From: Octopus vulgaris
Lineage: Eukaryota
Direction of reading: 5' to 3'
Assembly: GCA_951406725.2 (NCBI GenBank)
Contig: OX597826.1
Coordinates: forward strand, 82,956,001-83,020,000
DNA length: 64,000 nucleotides
Shown here in pieces: positions 1 to 12,372 of this stretch. Position numbers and translations under genes: made by a program. The notes under the pieces were generated by a model that had not been told where the DNA came from, searched no databases, and worked only from the letters and a program-made list of their open reading frames with translations. How positions within the stretch are numbered: position 1 is the first letter of the stretch; each line of letters begins with the position of its first letter.

Positions 1-383
1 CTTAACGGAGTTGCAAAACTCAACGTTGATGTGACCATGGAAACGATTGGGCAGTAGAGAAGAATCCATCTATTATCAACCTCGTGCTGTCCGATAGTTG
101 CTGTGAAACCGCCGTCTTCTGTCTCTGTATGATGGATACCCATCAGCACTTGTCTGAGTTTCTTGCAGGAACCTCCTTGGAAACCTTTTCGAACTTACGC
201 TGTCTTTCAAGCATGGTGAGTTTATATTGAATCCACGCCCACGTGGACCATGCACCATATTTGCATTAACTATTTCGAATAGTACTTTGTGTAAAGCTGG
301 ATCAGGAAGCTCTGCAGAGATTATCCTCTCAATGTCAGTGGATTTGATCTTCGTTGAGAGTCAAAGCAGAATATGAGCATTAT
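1..383 (-). mobile_element. Helitron RepHel fragment (Rep/HUH region), degenerate
   Basis: Minus strand reads NAHILL*...IERIISAELPDP...LFEIV..NMVHGP..N.NSPCLKD..SKRFP..F..ET....DGYPSYR. This matches the Helitron Rep motifs (HAHIL; MIHGPCG..SPCM; DGYPxYRRR). It has an in-frame stop and is cut by a SINE. Confidence 0.85.
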
Positions 384-490
384 AGGCTTACAAAGAATAA
401 GTCGTGGGGTCGATTTGCTCGACTAAAGGCGGTGATCCAGCATGGCCACAGTCAAATGTCTGAAACAAATAAAAGAGTAAAAGAGTAAAT
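384..490 (+). mobile_element. SINE 3' fragment
   Basis: GGGGTCGATTTGCTCGACTAAAGGCGGTG..CCAGCATGGCC followed by an AAAAGAGT tail; reverse complement of part of the copy at 1322-1800. Confidence 0.75.
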
Positions 491-901
491 GCAGCCAAGG
501 AAGTAGCATCACTCTTTATATTCGGTTTAAAGTTATGTATAAGTGTTAAAGATCTTTGTTTAAAGTTCATAGAGTTTATATATAACGTTCAGCCTCCTCC
601 ATTTGCCTTCTCAAGGACACGATTTTTTTTTCCTTTTCACATGTACAATATTTAGTTGTATGTTTCTGTTCGGTGGTTTAAGATTTAATGGTGTCATGAT
701 TATTTGTTATGGTGGGTGGTGTTATGTTTGAATTTGTTGTGGAATCATTTATAATAGAATTTGTATCTTATTATTATTAGAACTTTTTAAATAATCATAG
801 TAATCCTTTATATATTTATCTATTAATAAAATATTATTTATATTATGGACGTATCTCTACTGTGATTTTTATGATATAATTTTTCCTACTTTTACGTTCT
901 A

Positions 902-919
902 ATATATATATATATATAT

Positions 920-1000
<81 letters not shown>

Positions 1001-1005
1001 TATAC

Positions 1006-1036
<31 letters not shown>

Positions 1037-1239
1037 CATATATATATACATATATATATTTATATTTATATATACATATATATACATATACATATATATA
1101 CATATAAATATACATATATATATATATATTAATATTTATACATCCATATATATATAATTATAATTATATATACATATATGTATAAATATATATATATATT
1201 TATATTTATATATATATACATATTTATATATGTATATAG

Positions 1240-1299
<60 letters not shown>

Positions 1300-1322
1300 T
1301 ATACATACATATATATATATAT
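902..1322. repeat. (TA)n/(TACA)n compound microsatellite
   Basis: Direct inspection. Confidence 0.95.
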
Positions 1323-1555
1323 ACTCTTTTATCTTTTATTTGTTTCAGTCATATGACTGTGGCCATGCTAGAGCACCGCCTTTGGTCGAGCAAATCGGCC
1401 CCAGGACTTATTGTTTGTAAGCCTAGTACTTATTTTATCGGTATCTTTTGCCGAACCGCTAAGTTACGGGGACGTAAACACACCAGCGTCGGTTGTCAAG
1501 AGATGTTGGGGGACAAACACATGTACACACAACATACACAGAAACATGTACACAC

Positions 1556-1638
<83 letters not shown>

Positions 1639-1800
1639 TACGGCGGGCTTCTTTCAGTTTCCGTCTACCAAATCCACTCACAAGACTTTGGTCGGCCCGA
1701 AGCTATAATAGAAGACACTTGGCCAAGGTGCTACGCAGTGGGACTGAATCCGGAATCATGTGGTTCGTAAGCAACGTACTTACCACACAGCCACTCCTAT
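1322..1800 (-). mobile_element. tRNA-derived SINE with internal microsatellite
   Basis: Minus-strand head with A-box-like TGGCTGTGTGG and B-box-like GGATTCAGTCCC, then CCTTGGCCAAGTGTC and an AAAAGA tail. Related copies lie at ~12030-12220, ~42200-42540, ~45380-45790 and ~52610-52800. Confidence 0.8.
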
Positions 1801-3967
1801 ATGTATATATACGACGGGCTACGTTCAGTTTTCATCTTCCAAATCCGATATTGACATCGGCAACATTCGTCAGTTTCTTGAAAATGGGTTCATAAGCCCG
1901 AAATATTGAATGCAAGGTAAGTCTACATTAATTCATATACAAGTTCATTTCCGTAATATATGTATATACTGCTTTGGCATGATAACAACAAACTTACGTT
2001 AAATTGAAAGATTAACCAAAACATTTGGCAGAGCACGAATTTAGTTTTCTTAAACAAGAATAGTGTCGAGCGTGATTCCGAAGATTCAACCAGCTGATCC
2101 GTCATCAGCTGACCTGTGCAGGCCGAAACTTTGTGACGGTCAATACAATTCGTTTTCAAGAATAATACACACACGCACGCATACACACATGAGTGTATGA
2201 GTGTCCCTGTGTGTGTGTGTCAGTCTGTCTGCGCGCATATGTGTGTCTGAATGTATACTCATCTATTTGTGTCTGTTAACAATTATATGGTTCGGCCACT
2301 TAGAAGAAACAACTAAATGTGCGAAGTTAAAGTTTCCAAGTGTTTCATCCAAAACAATGTTTCCAACAAAATACCTACTTTGTTAGACACATCATTACAG
2401 ATATAACATAGATGTAGACACACACATACACACATACAGATATATACAAACACGCAAAGATATATACACACACACATATATATATATATATATACGCACA
2501 CACACACACATATGTATATATTTGAATAAAATATTAATAAATATGTCTCTCAATGCACCAAGAAAATATTACCACGAACGGTCGGCCTCAGACAAGAGAA
2601 AAGCAAAAGTTTTGCTTTTTTTTATCTGAAAGTGACATAAATCATTAACGGATATTGCAAGACTTCAACAACAAAAATACAAACATTACATTGATAAAAT
2701 GGAGGAAGATTCAAAGTAAGAAAGAGAATGCTTTTAAAATGGCGTTGGCAAAATGATTTTGACACTATGAAAAGATGAGAATTATATTTTCCGCCGTACA
2801 TTTCAGAATGCTAGTTACATTTTTTTTCATTTTTCTTTTCTTTTGTTTTTGGTACGTCAAGTCATATATATTTGTGTGTGTGTTTGTGTGGTTGTGCGGA
2901 TGGAGTTTATGTGTGTGAGTGCGTGTGTGCATGTATGCGTCCGCGCGTGCATGTGCACCTGTGTGTCTGTGTGTGTCTGAGAGAGAAACTGTGAGAGCGT
3001 GTGTGTTTACTTCTTTAGGTATATAATGTAAATATATATTTGCCGGTATATATCTATACTGTACAAACATATGTACATACACACATATATAAATGTATAT
3101 GTACACACACAGACATACACGCACACATACGCACATATATGAGGAGAGAGAGAGAGAGGGGGATACGGGGATGAATGTGAGGGAGAGACGTGGGTGAGTG
3201 AGATTTATATTTTTAATCACAGTATACTCTAAATAATTAATTGGTTGATTACTATTTTTAAACATACACACACATGTTTATGTGTATAATATATTTTATA
3301 TGTATTTATGTGAAAGTGTGTATGTGCGTGAGTGAGTGTGTATGTACATGTATGCGCACGTGTTAAAATGCATGCGCATGTGTTAAAAAGTTAGATGAAC
3401 GTGTACTGCACTTATATTTTAACACACGATCATGTTTCCTTTGAATGCTATTATCATCACCTTCGCTCGAAAAATGTTTTGCCTTTGATATCGAAAACAA
3501 TGGACATGTTTCGTGTCCTTAGCATGTCGACTGCCCAACATAATGAACGAGCAATTATCTTTTAAACCGATCGAACTGTCCGACTTGAAGAGGGTTGTGA
3601 TCGCCGAGCACTATTCTTGATGACATGTGCTCTCTTCTGGTTTTAGCTTGACGTAAAGTTATAGAACAAGCAAAGATATGAGCTGTGGAAAAGGAAGCCT
3701 AACAAACAGCGACCACAGCAGCCCAACGTAATCAAAAGCTGGAGGCGTTTCAGATGCAGAGTCTATCTGCACATCATTATCCACATCATCGTTCACTCAG
3801 TGGATGTTGATGGCAAATGGGAAGTTCTTACAATGGAACGTTGAAAGCGAAAGAGCAGACGTTCCAGTCTGTTAGGTCCTATAAAAGGGGAAAAGCACGA
3901 CTGTCAGCTGAATATCTCTCATAGAGACAGAGGGACAATGCTGGCCTCGTCATGTTGTTCCAACCTC

Positions 3968-4520
3968 TCAAGGATAGGTTTCTCTCGGCCCATTTCTTGG
4001 CGAGATTCGATAGACTGCTCGTGACATTGTCCGTTTTCTTCCCAACTTGGAAGTCTGCACTACACCAGGACCCAAACGATTTAACCGACCTATCCGTCTA
4101 GTGCTCCACGTCACTGTTACAGTGCATGAACATGCTTCTCTCGGTGGTAAACTGCGGGCCAACTGACATTTCTTGGTTGACTTTTGCCCTTGCCATTGAC
4201 GTGTTGTCCCTTAGAGCAGTGTCGGTCACACCTTTGTGCTTGGTATCCTATTCTATTAATGTGAAGTCCTTCGTATATGCAGATAAACAACTACACTCTA
4301 CTTCACACGGGATCCCTTTCAACATCATAATATCCCTCGTAATGACTCGAAATTTGATACTTACGCAAGAGTCCAGAGTAGATAACCTTGCTTGACCCAG
4401 AACATGATACTACACGCTTCCGATACATGGCCATTAAACTTGACCACTGAACAGATTTACACCATTGTGCATTGGCGGGATCCCTCTCCTGGAAACGAGA
4501 CCGAAACGGGCTGCTCTCAG
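3968..4520 (-). mobile_element. L1/Tx1-type LINE RT fragment, inverted relative to its neighbour
   Basis: Minus strand reads ICSVVKFNGHVSEACSIMFWVKQG and LSAYTKDFTL (decayed VRQG and AYADD motifs). Confidence 0.6.
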
Positions 4521-7520
4521 GACTGTGGACTCGTACTCATGATCGAAAATATCGAAAGCTTTCGATTGATTTAAACTGATTAGAACTCTAAACATTCAGG
4601 GTTCCTTACAAACTTTACTGTGAAGCTTCTCAGAAAGTGGAGGGCATCGTGAACACGGGTACCGGTCTACAACTCATCACTCGGACCATCGATGACAAAT
4701 TTCAGCATCTTAACTAACACCTTGGTCGAAATCGTCTTTTCTAGGTGATTATCACCGATCCTCGAGCTACAAGTTCGAATTCTCTAAACAAGCCCTTCAA
4801 CATCTCGCACTTGGTCTGCTAAGTTGTACTCGTGGGGATTTAATAAGGCGTTTGAAAGATTTCATAGGAACGTTCAACTCTTTACTGCCGAGGGGAAACT
4901 CCAATACCATCTTCAGTGCAAGTTTAGATTGTAATGAACTAGATGATAGCAGAGGAAGGACAAAAGCTTCTCAAACACGCATCGGATCATCCAGATTGTG
5001 TCTAGACAGAATACTTTATAGGCCAATAAATAAGATACCACTGTTAATGTAAATTTTAACATCGTCGGTTTCAAACACCCCTAATTTGCCATCAGTGCAG
5101 TCGACTAGGATTAATTTCATTGGCAGTAATGCAGTTACTGAAGGCTTACCGTGTCGCTCTTTGTGTTTACAGTTTAAAGATGAGTGAATTAGTTAAGCGA
5201 TCGCTGATGGGGAGCAGTCGTTCACAACGAATGATGTTTTGCCTAGAAAAATATGTTCGGGGACGAATCGATAAATTTTAGCGAGATCGTAATGATAGAG
5301 AAAATAGAATAAAGGGAGATTTAGACAGAAACTGAAAGAACGCTACATTGTCAGAGCTAAGACGCGTGTTCTAAGACAGGAGGTGACGAAAGGGGTTTGA
5401 GAGGCCAACGTGTCAAATATATATCGTGGCAACTAAGCCAGAATTCGGTCTTTGGTAAGCATTAAATTTACGCTCTTATTTGACACTCAAGATGTGTACA
5501 ACATTCTAGCTGCACTTCGATCGACTTTTCGGCACGAATGGCGGACCAGAAGGAAGGATTAAAGTCGGTGCCTACCTCGACGAACTGTCTCAACTCTCAG
5601 CAAGGGAGACGGTATGTTGTGAAACGCCTCTAACATTTTTGCGGACATATAGAGATACTGGATGTAGAAAGGTTTTGCAAATCGCCAGTTTTGGATGGTC
5701 AACTCTACGAGATTTACCAGAATTACTTGGAAACTTCTTGGTAGTTATATACAGGACCTAGCAGAAAATTCTCAGCTTTGTGAGTCGTGAAACGGCAGTG
5801 CTTCTGCGAAAGGATCGAAACATGGGGAATGAAAGAAATCATTTTCGGCCCGTAACTCTGTTAAACACAGATTTCAAAGTTTCGATCAAAGTGTTAGCAA
5901 TGAAGTTGGCGATTCGATAGTTCCGTAAGTGGTGATCAGTCTTATATCATACCGAACAGATCATTTCGTAAAAGCTCCCTTTCAGGCGAAGTATCATAAA
6001 GATGATGGGCAAGAGAGCTGGCGGGCGGAGACAGCCCCTAATTCAAATTTGTTCAGTAGGAACCTTTTGATAGCTTCGGCTACCAACAATTGACGGCTGT
6101 CTTCCTCAGGGCAACTGTCTCCCGCGGTTGCCGAAATGTGTAGCGACATCTGCTGGATGGTTAATGTGAATGGCCAAGTATCGGAGCCCTTCAACATCTC
6201 GCACTTGGTCTGCTAAGTTGTTCTCCTCTCATTCCTTTTCTATGTGCTGATTCTTGAACCATTACTATGGAAATTAGGTTTACTGAAAGTTATCTCGCCT
6301 GATATTTGCGCCTGTCAGTCATCGCTATGTTCATTCCGTGTTTCATGGCTCTGGAGTGCCTACTCTTCTACTCTCTCTGGAAAAGATGCGTTCCAATGGT
6401 CAGCTGCTCTACTTGTTGTCAATACTTGCAGAGACACGGATTGGGAATTCCGTGACTGATAATCCACTGAGTCTTCGACATGCACCAACGCTCCGGCATC
6501 TGATTGTTTCCTTTACAGTAAGCAGGTGCAGTCGCCTTTTGTGATATTCTTTTATTCGCAGGTCATCTCTTTGACAAAGCTGCAGTCCTTGATGAAACTT
6601 AGACCGAAGCAGGGTGACTGGGATCTGGAGTGTCATTAAGCGATCATGCCCCCCCCACCACCACCACACCATCATTTTTCAAGCAAAGCGGTTGGTTGAA
6701 GTTTCACGTAGGTGTTCAATTGAATACTTGTGCGAGGAGGAGCGACGACATTCATAGAATGATCCAGTCACTTTAGACCCGAAACCCACAGCAATTTTAG
6801 AGAAGTCCTTGACCTGGCATTGCCAGTGGTAGTGGGAAGAATGGACGCCGGTCGAGGATAACCTACATACATGGAAGTGCCTGGCAGCTGGGCCTGCCCG
6901 AGAGGCCCGTAAAGAAATAAAACTGTTCTGCATGCAGCCACCCAGTGTCCGAGCATTGCTGTATGATGGGATTGTATCGAGCACCTGCACACGCACCAGA
7001 ACAAATTATGGTTATCAAGTGAGGCCATTGTTAAGATCGTCCAATCGTTTTCCTTTTGGAGCGAGGTTTACAGTTTTTATCATTATTTTGGCTTTTACGA
7101 AGGAGATTGTGTGGTGGATAAAAATAAGAAGAGAAACATTTACCCGTTTGGCCAAGTCTTCGTCAACGTTTTCAACTTGAATAGAAAAATGAGGGTAGTG
7201 AGTTAAGTACTTCTTTACAGCAAATTTGTTGATAGGTGGGTGAAAGGTGAGTGAGCTCTGAGAGCATGCGCGTGTATGTGAGAAGGATAGAAAGATAGAA
7301 CTTGTCCTAGTGGTTGGAATAACGCTGATGACGGACTTTCCATCAGCGGCGCTCGGAAGTCCTCTTTCTATTGAGAATTTTTCTCAGTTGTAATTCTTTT
7401 GTTTCTTTGCTTTCATCATTTTCGCTGTTTACACGACTTTTTTCAACCTTACATGGTATTCTATCCAGTAACGTCCTTGATCTTTTCGTCAACCCTTAGT
7501 GGTTAATCAAGAAACTATTA
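4520..7520 (+). mobile_element. Tx1-like LINE ORF2 relic (APE endonuclease, RT, C-terminus, 3' UTR)
   Basis: SRLCLDRIL (~4990), LLRKD...FRPVTLLNTDFKVSIKVLA (~5800-5900), VNVNGQVSEPF..YVLILEPLL (~6160-6270) and KEIVWW (~7100); many stops and frameshifts. Confidence 0.8.
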
Positions 7521-7599
7521 TTGCTTTCAGGGTAGGATTTTTTAAATCTTGTCGGTTAAGTTCAAAAGCATATAATGTTAAAAGGACTTAATATCTCTG

Positions 7600-8250
7600 T
7601 TAATGAGCAGGATAACATAATTACGCCTGAATATGTGCTGTATATGTCTCATGTTGATTCTCTAATCTTTCAGTATTTCTGTTACGTGTGTTACGTATTT
7701 TATATGTGTGCGTGCATTTTTATTGGGATGTTTATGCCTAGCAGCGACCGGAAGTTCCTTGAAGTAGTCGAAGATATCTTCATGTATGAATAATTATTCC
7801 AGATAGTATTTATCTTCCAGAGTCCTGCTTAGGTTCCATGTGCTTAAGTTATTCAATAAAGCTGGTTCTTGCTAATGATATCTTACGCTGCATTTGGATT
7901 TGTATATTTCCCTTTCAAAAAAGTTATTCAATTTGTACAAAGGTGATATTTGCTTTTGCTTCGTTCTAGTATGCTATCTAGGAAATTTACGATATCTTTT
8001 GGTTCCTCGGATTAAATTATTTTAATATGCTACAGAGTGGCTTGCTTAATTTGGTTAATTCAAGCCTAAAATCAGTGTGGGAGCGGTTAGCTAATCATTC
8101 CGGCATCACATTATCTTAATTGAGAGTAATATTTATGTGTTTCTAGAATTTCTAAGCTACTTAATTCTATCGAAGATGGTCACGTGTGAGCTTTTAGGAA
8201 AATGACTCGCCTAAGACAAGATGAGCATATTTTCAAAATACAATATACAC
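7600..8250 (-). mobile_element. Possible old Penelope-like RT fragment
   Basis: Minus strand KDIVNFLDSILERSKSKY resembles the PLE VNFLDVTL..KY motif; heavily decayed. Confidence 0.35.
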
Positions 8251-9029
8251 AGGGATTAGCCGCCTTCACATCCAAAGCCAGAATTAACTCTCCATCGCTG
8301 TCATAGTAAATCTGAAAACTCAAAAGAAGAAGAATTTATAAAGCACAAACCAATGAGAATACTAAACAATCATAAAACCAAACAGTGGTAACGGATACAA
8401 TATGTATCTCATAAGAAAATTCAGTATATCAATAGCTACAAATATTTAATTAAAAGACACGAAACACTTTAGGTTATCAAACAATACAACCGAAATACAA
8501 TAGAGATGACCCAGTTTACTTAAAACTATTACAGTCACTACTCTTTTACTCTTTTACTCTTTTACTACATTAGCATCACATTAAAAAATAAACACAAATT
8601 CATTTACAATTTATCTTATTGTACTCCACCCCTCCTTTTATAAATAAAAGTTGATTAAAAAAGATAAACTTGAAGTTTGACGCAAATAATAAATGTTTTT
8701 TCTTTTATTATTATTATTTTTTTACTATTTTGACGTTTTTAACACCACATCATCTTTCAGCACTGACTATCAATGATTTTCCAGATATACCAGTTTTTAT
8801 TCCTTATTTACGGACAATATACACTCATTGTGTTCCTCTTTCTAACACATATTTATGACTTGAGGTAGATTCGGCTGTTGTTTCTTGCAGGTTCCAATGA
8901 TTCATAGTGGTTCCCTCATCATCTCGAAATTTATGAAGACGCTGAAATATAATTCTTCATTATCGATAGGAAATGCATGGCAAGAATCCGAACTTGAGGC
9001 TATGGAATGACAATGGTAGTCCCGTTTAA

Positions 9030-9205
9030 AAGCTAGCAGAATCGCCGAGCAAAATGTTTAGCGACATTTCGCCTGTCTACATACTGAGTTCCAATCCGGT
9101 CGCGGTCTACTTAGCCTTTCGGGATTGATAAAGAATCAGTTGAGCATTGGGGATCGATGTAATCGACTTAACCCCTCTCCAATAAATTGCTGGCCTTGTG
9201 GCAAA
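9030..9205 (+). mobile_element. SINE, second family
   Basis: GCTAGCAGAATCG..CTGAGTTCCAATCC..GGTCTACTTAGCCTTTC..GATGTAATCGACT. Related copies lie at ~36280-36460(-), ~46510-46680(+), ~54305-54500(+) and ~57875-58030(-). Confidence 0.7.
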
Positions 9206-10803
9206 ATGTGTTTTCAGGGATCTGCAAAGGTCATATAGCAGGATCTGCCAGCATTGTCATTATAAAGATAAATTATTCTGGAATATACAAAAGATATTGA
9301 GAAGGCGGAATGGTCACGGTTGGGAACGCTTTTAATCACAGGTCTGTTCGATCTAACATCTTACCTTGCAGTTCATCTTCACCAAGAAAATGAGAAAATG
9401 CTAAATAGATAAAATTTTGTGGAAACTGATGTTTTAAGAAAATTAGGACGTTCATTTATTTTCGTAAAACTACTATTTTAAGAATTTCTTTCACGTTAAG
9501 CGTTTCTACATATTTTATTGCTTTTCTTTCATTGCCGCCGAATTTGAAGAGTCGTACAAACACCATTTGTCATTTTGTCAGGGCAAGCTTTCTACAAGCA
9601 CACCGTTCTGTGCATGTTTTAGACTGATGCTGTTATTGTATAAGACATTATGCTTTCGTTCTTTGCCTTTTTTTAAGAAAATTAGGAAGTATCATCGCAG
9701 AGCAAGCCAACGTTTCATCAAAGCTGTCTAGATCCACTCTTCTGGTTATATATAAACACGCTTTTCTTGACATTTGGAACCGGTAATAAATGTTTTAAGA
9801 AATTGTTATAGGGGTAGGTTTACAAAATGATTTGAAGCTAGGAATTTGTTTCGATAATTCTGTGGCAACATCAAGCACAATATTTAAGGCTAATGTTTCC
9901 AAAATCCTTTTATGTTACGAATTCTGTCATTTTCAAAAATCTGATTTTATTTCTATGTTACGTGGTGACGATGAAGTTGATTCATTGAGTCAAGTAAAAA
10001 ATACGTAGCGCGGAACATTTCCCGATGCCTTTAATACTTTTCGGAATACATTTTTTCCTTAGAACTGAGATCTAACAAAAGCGGCTTGAAACTCCATTCT
10101 GATTAATATATAGCTGTTGATTGTAGAGAAGTATGGCAAAAAAGTTTCTCCATGATTCTCCCGCCATTTGTTTCAGGCATGATGTACATTGCGTATTGTT
10201 GCGTAACCTCATTAAACAAAGTATGATTAAATACAACCTTTATTAAACAACATTATAATGATTGTAATGGAAAAGGATATTTGGTTTCTATTCCAAGCAG
10301 GTTAAGGTGGAACGGAGTAGCCTCCTTATTTATTCATGTGGTCGTCACCTAGTTCCAGGTGTCAATACAAATTATATACTGCCATCAGCAGGAGCCCTAT
10401 ATAATTGCCAAGTGTTTCGTTAGCTTCCAATAACTGAACTCTAGTCAACCTATAACAGTTTATGCAGAAGCATCTGATATTGGGCGTTTCTAAGAGATTC
10501 GACTAAAAACCTACCTAAAAGATATGAATGGTTTGATATGAACGGCTCAATGGATGAATGATTGAGTAAATGAAGGAATGAAGGAATGAAGGAAGGAACG
10601 AAAGAATAATTGCAGGGCACAATGGAAGGATGAAGGACGAATGACTGAATGGATGCGTGAATTTATAATTCCTCGTAGGTTTCCGAAGACAGTGATTTCG
10701 ATTTTACGGATGCCTTGCAACACTTCATGTCCTCACAATTTTGACACTACTTAGGAATTTCTATTCACAACCCAAATAATTTTAATTGCTGCCAATGAAT
10801 CAT

Positions 10804-10899
10804 GGGCATATGGTATAGTGGTTAAGAGCGCAGGCTACTTAGTCCAAGATTCCGAGTTCGATTCCAAGCAGTGACCTGAACAACAACAATAACAACAAA

Positions 10900-10945
<46 letters not shown>

Positions 10946-11099
10946 GTAACATTGAAAAATACCTTAGGAATGAGAACCCAGGTTCGAAATTTCCCCAAGA
11001 CACCTGAAGAAGGCTGGAGAGTATATCAGCCGAAACATTGAGTTAACAATAAACAAGTTGAGGACAAATATCCGTCGAATGTAAATAATGTAAATAATG
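10804..11099 (+). mobile_element. tRNA-headed SINE with internal (AAT)n and a hammerhead-like 3' part
   Basis: A box TGGTATAGTGG 10811-10821, B box GAGTTCGATTCC 10854-10865, (AAT)n spacer, hammerhead-like core, short tandem tail AATGTAAAT x2. Confidence 0.75.
10999..11044 (+). ncRNA. Minimal type I hammerhead-like motif, probably decayed
   Basis: ACAC-CTGAAGA-A-GGCTG..CAGCC-GAAAC-ATT-GAGT. Core and stem II are intact; stems III and I have mismatches. Confidence 0.6.
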
Positions 11100-11187
11100 A
11101 TTACTAAACATTTTGACACCTCATACGTCAAAATCGGCAAATCGGTTCTCCAATCAATTAGGAAAATACGCGCACACACAAGCTGTG

Positions 11188-11248
<61 letters not shown>

Positions 11249-11393
11249 AGTAGGTGAATGAATTATCCTATGTTTATCGTCAGCATGGAAAATTCGTTTA
11301 ACCGAAACCTGGGTAGCAAGGTTATCATTATCGCTTTGTTTACCATGTAGGCAATCATCGAAACTTTTGTTTGTCTTGTTGTCGAGAGAGGAT

Positions 11394-11487
11394 CCCTTTC
11401 TTTCCTGATGAGAAGATTGCATAATGCACCCTTTATTCCTTTGGAATGAAAATATGCTGTCTTCGAAACATGTGTCGAGAGTAAAGG
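11394..11487 (+). ncRNA. Type I hammerhead ribozyme with intact core
   Basis: TTTC-CTGATGA(11405-11411)-GAAGA..GCATA....TATGC..TCTTC-GAAAC(11465-11469)-ATGT-GTC^GAGA. Stem II is GAAGA/TCTTC plus GCATA/TATGC. Stem III is the palindrome ACATGT. Predicted cut after 11476. Confidence 0.85.
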
Positions 11488-11526
11488 AATTTTGTTAACA
11501 TCTTCGTTCGACTCCATTCTTTCATT

Positions 11527-11582
<56 letters not shown>

Positions 11583-11586
<4 letters not shown>

Positions 11587-11919
11587 CGCATATTTGCCAT
11601 TTGAATATGGCTAACCCCTAAGGGTGGATGCTACTGTAGTTTGTAGCCCCAGGAAGATATCTCCTCCAGCTGGCTATAGACACACTATATGTGTCCTCTC
11701 AGTATTTGTGAAGGGAAGTCATCCTCCCCGTCTTCAACTCATGATACACACGGACTCGAGTTCAAGCGTGTGACAATCATGGTTGTAGACGAGAAGTCAG
11801 CTCCCTTCACAAATACATATACTTTATCCAGTGTCGATTGACACTGATATTGAAAAAGTGAAATCAAACAATGATAAATCTCAGAGCGAGTTATAAACAG
11901 TAGCGGTAACACATCGTGA

Positions 11920-11926
<7 letters not shown>
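11583..11926. mobile_element. Structured non-coding insert between (TA)n tracts
   Basis: Terminal direct repeat GTGACGCATAT (11583, 11916); long hairpin 11702-11816 closed by a perfect 15-bp inverted repeat. Confidence 0.55.
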
Positions 11927-11998
<72 letters not shown>

Positions 11999-12309
11999 GT
12001 ACGTATGATTACATGTATGTATATTTTATCTTTTACTTATATCGGTCATTAGACTCCTAGGACACGGCATTGAACGATTTTTACTCGAAGGAATTGATTC
12101 CAGTACTTTATTTTTTGTTTAGCCTGGTACTTATTCTATCGGTCACTTTTGCCGAATCACGAATTTACGGAGATGTAAGCATACGAAAACCGGTTGTCAA
12201 GCGGTAGTGGGGGACAACTACACACATATGTATATATATATATAGATAGATATAGATATAGATATAGATATATATATATATATATATATATAGATAGATA
12301 GATATATAA

Positions 12310-12372
<63 letters not shown>

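Noticed and set aside
580-622. Minus-strand CTTGAGAAGGC..GGCTGAACGTT, hammerhead-like
   Set aside because: Both core halves deviate and stem II does not pair; too decayed to call
10804-10876. Possible tRNA gene
   Set aside because: A and B boxes are present, but the acceptor and anticodon stems do not pair well and it continues into a repeat body, so it is a SINE head
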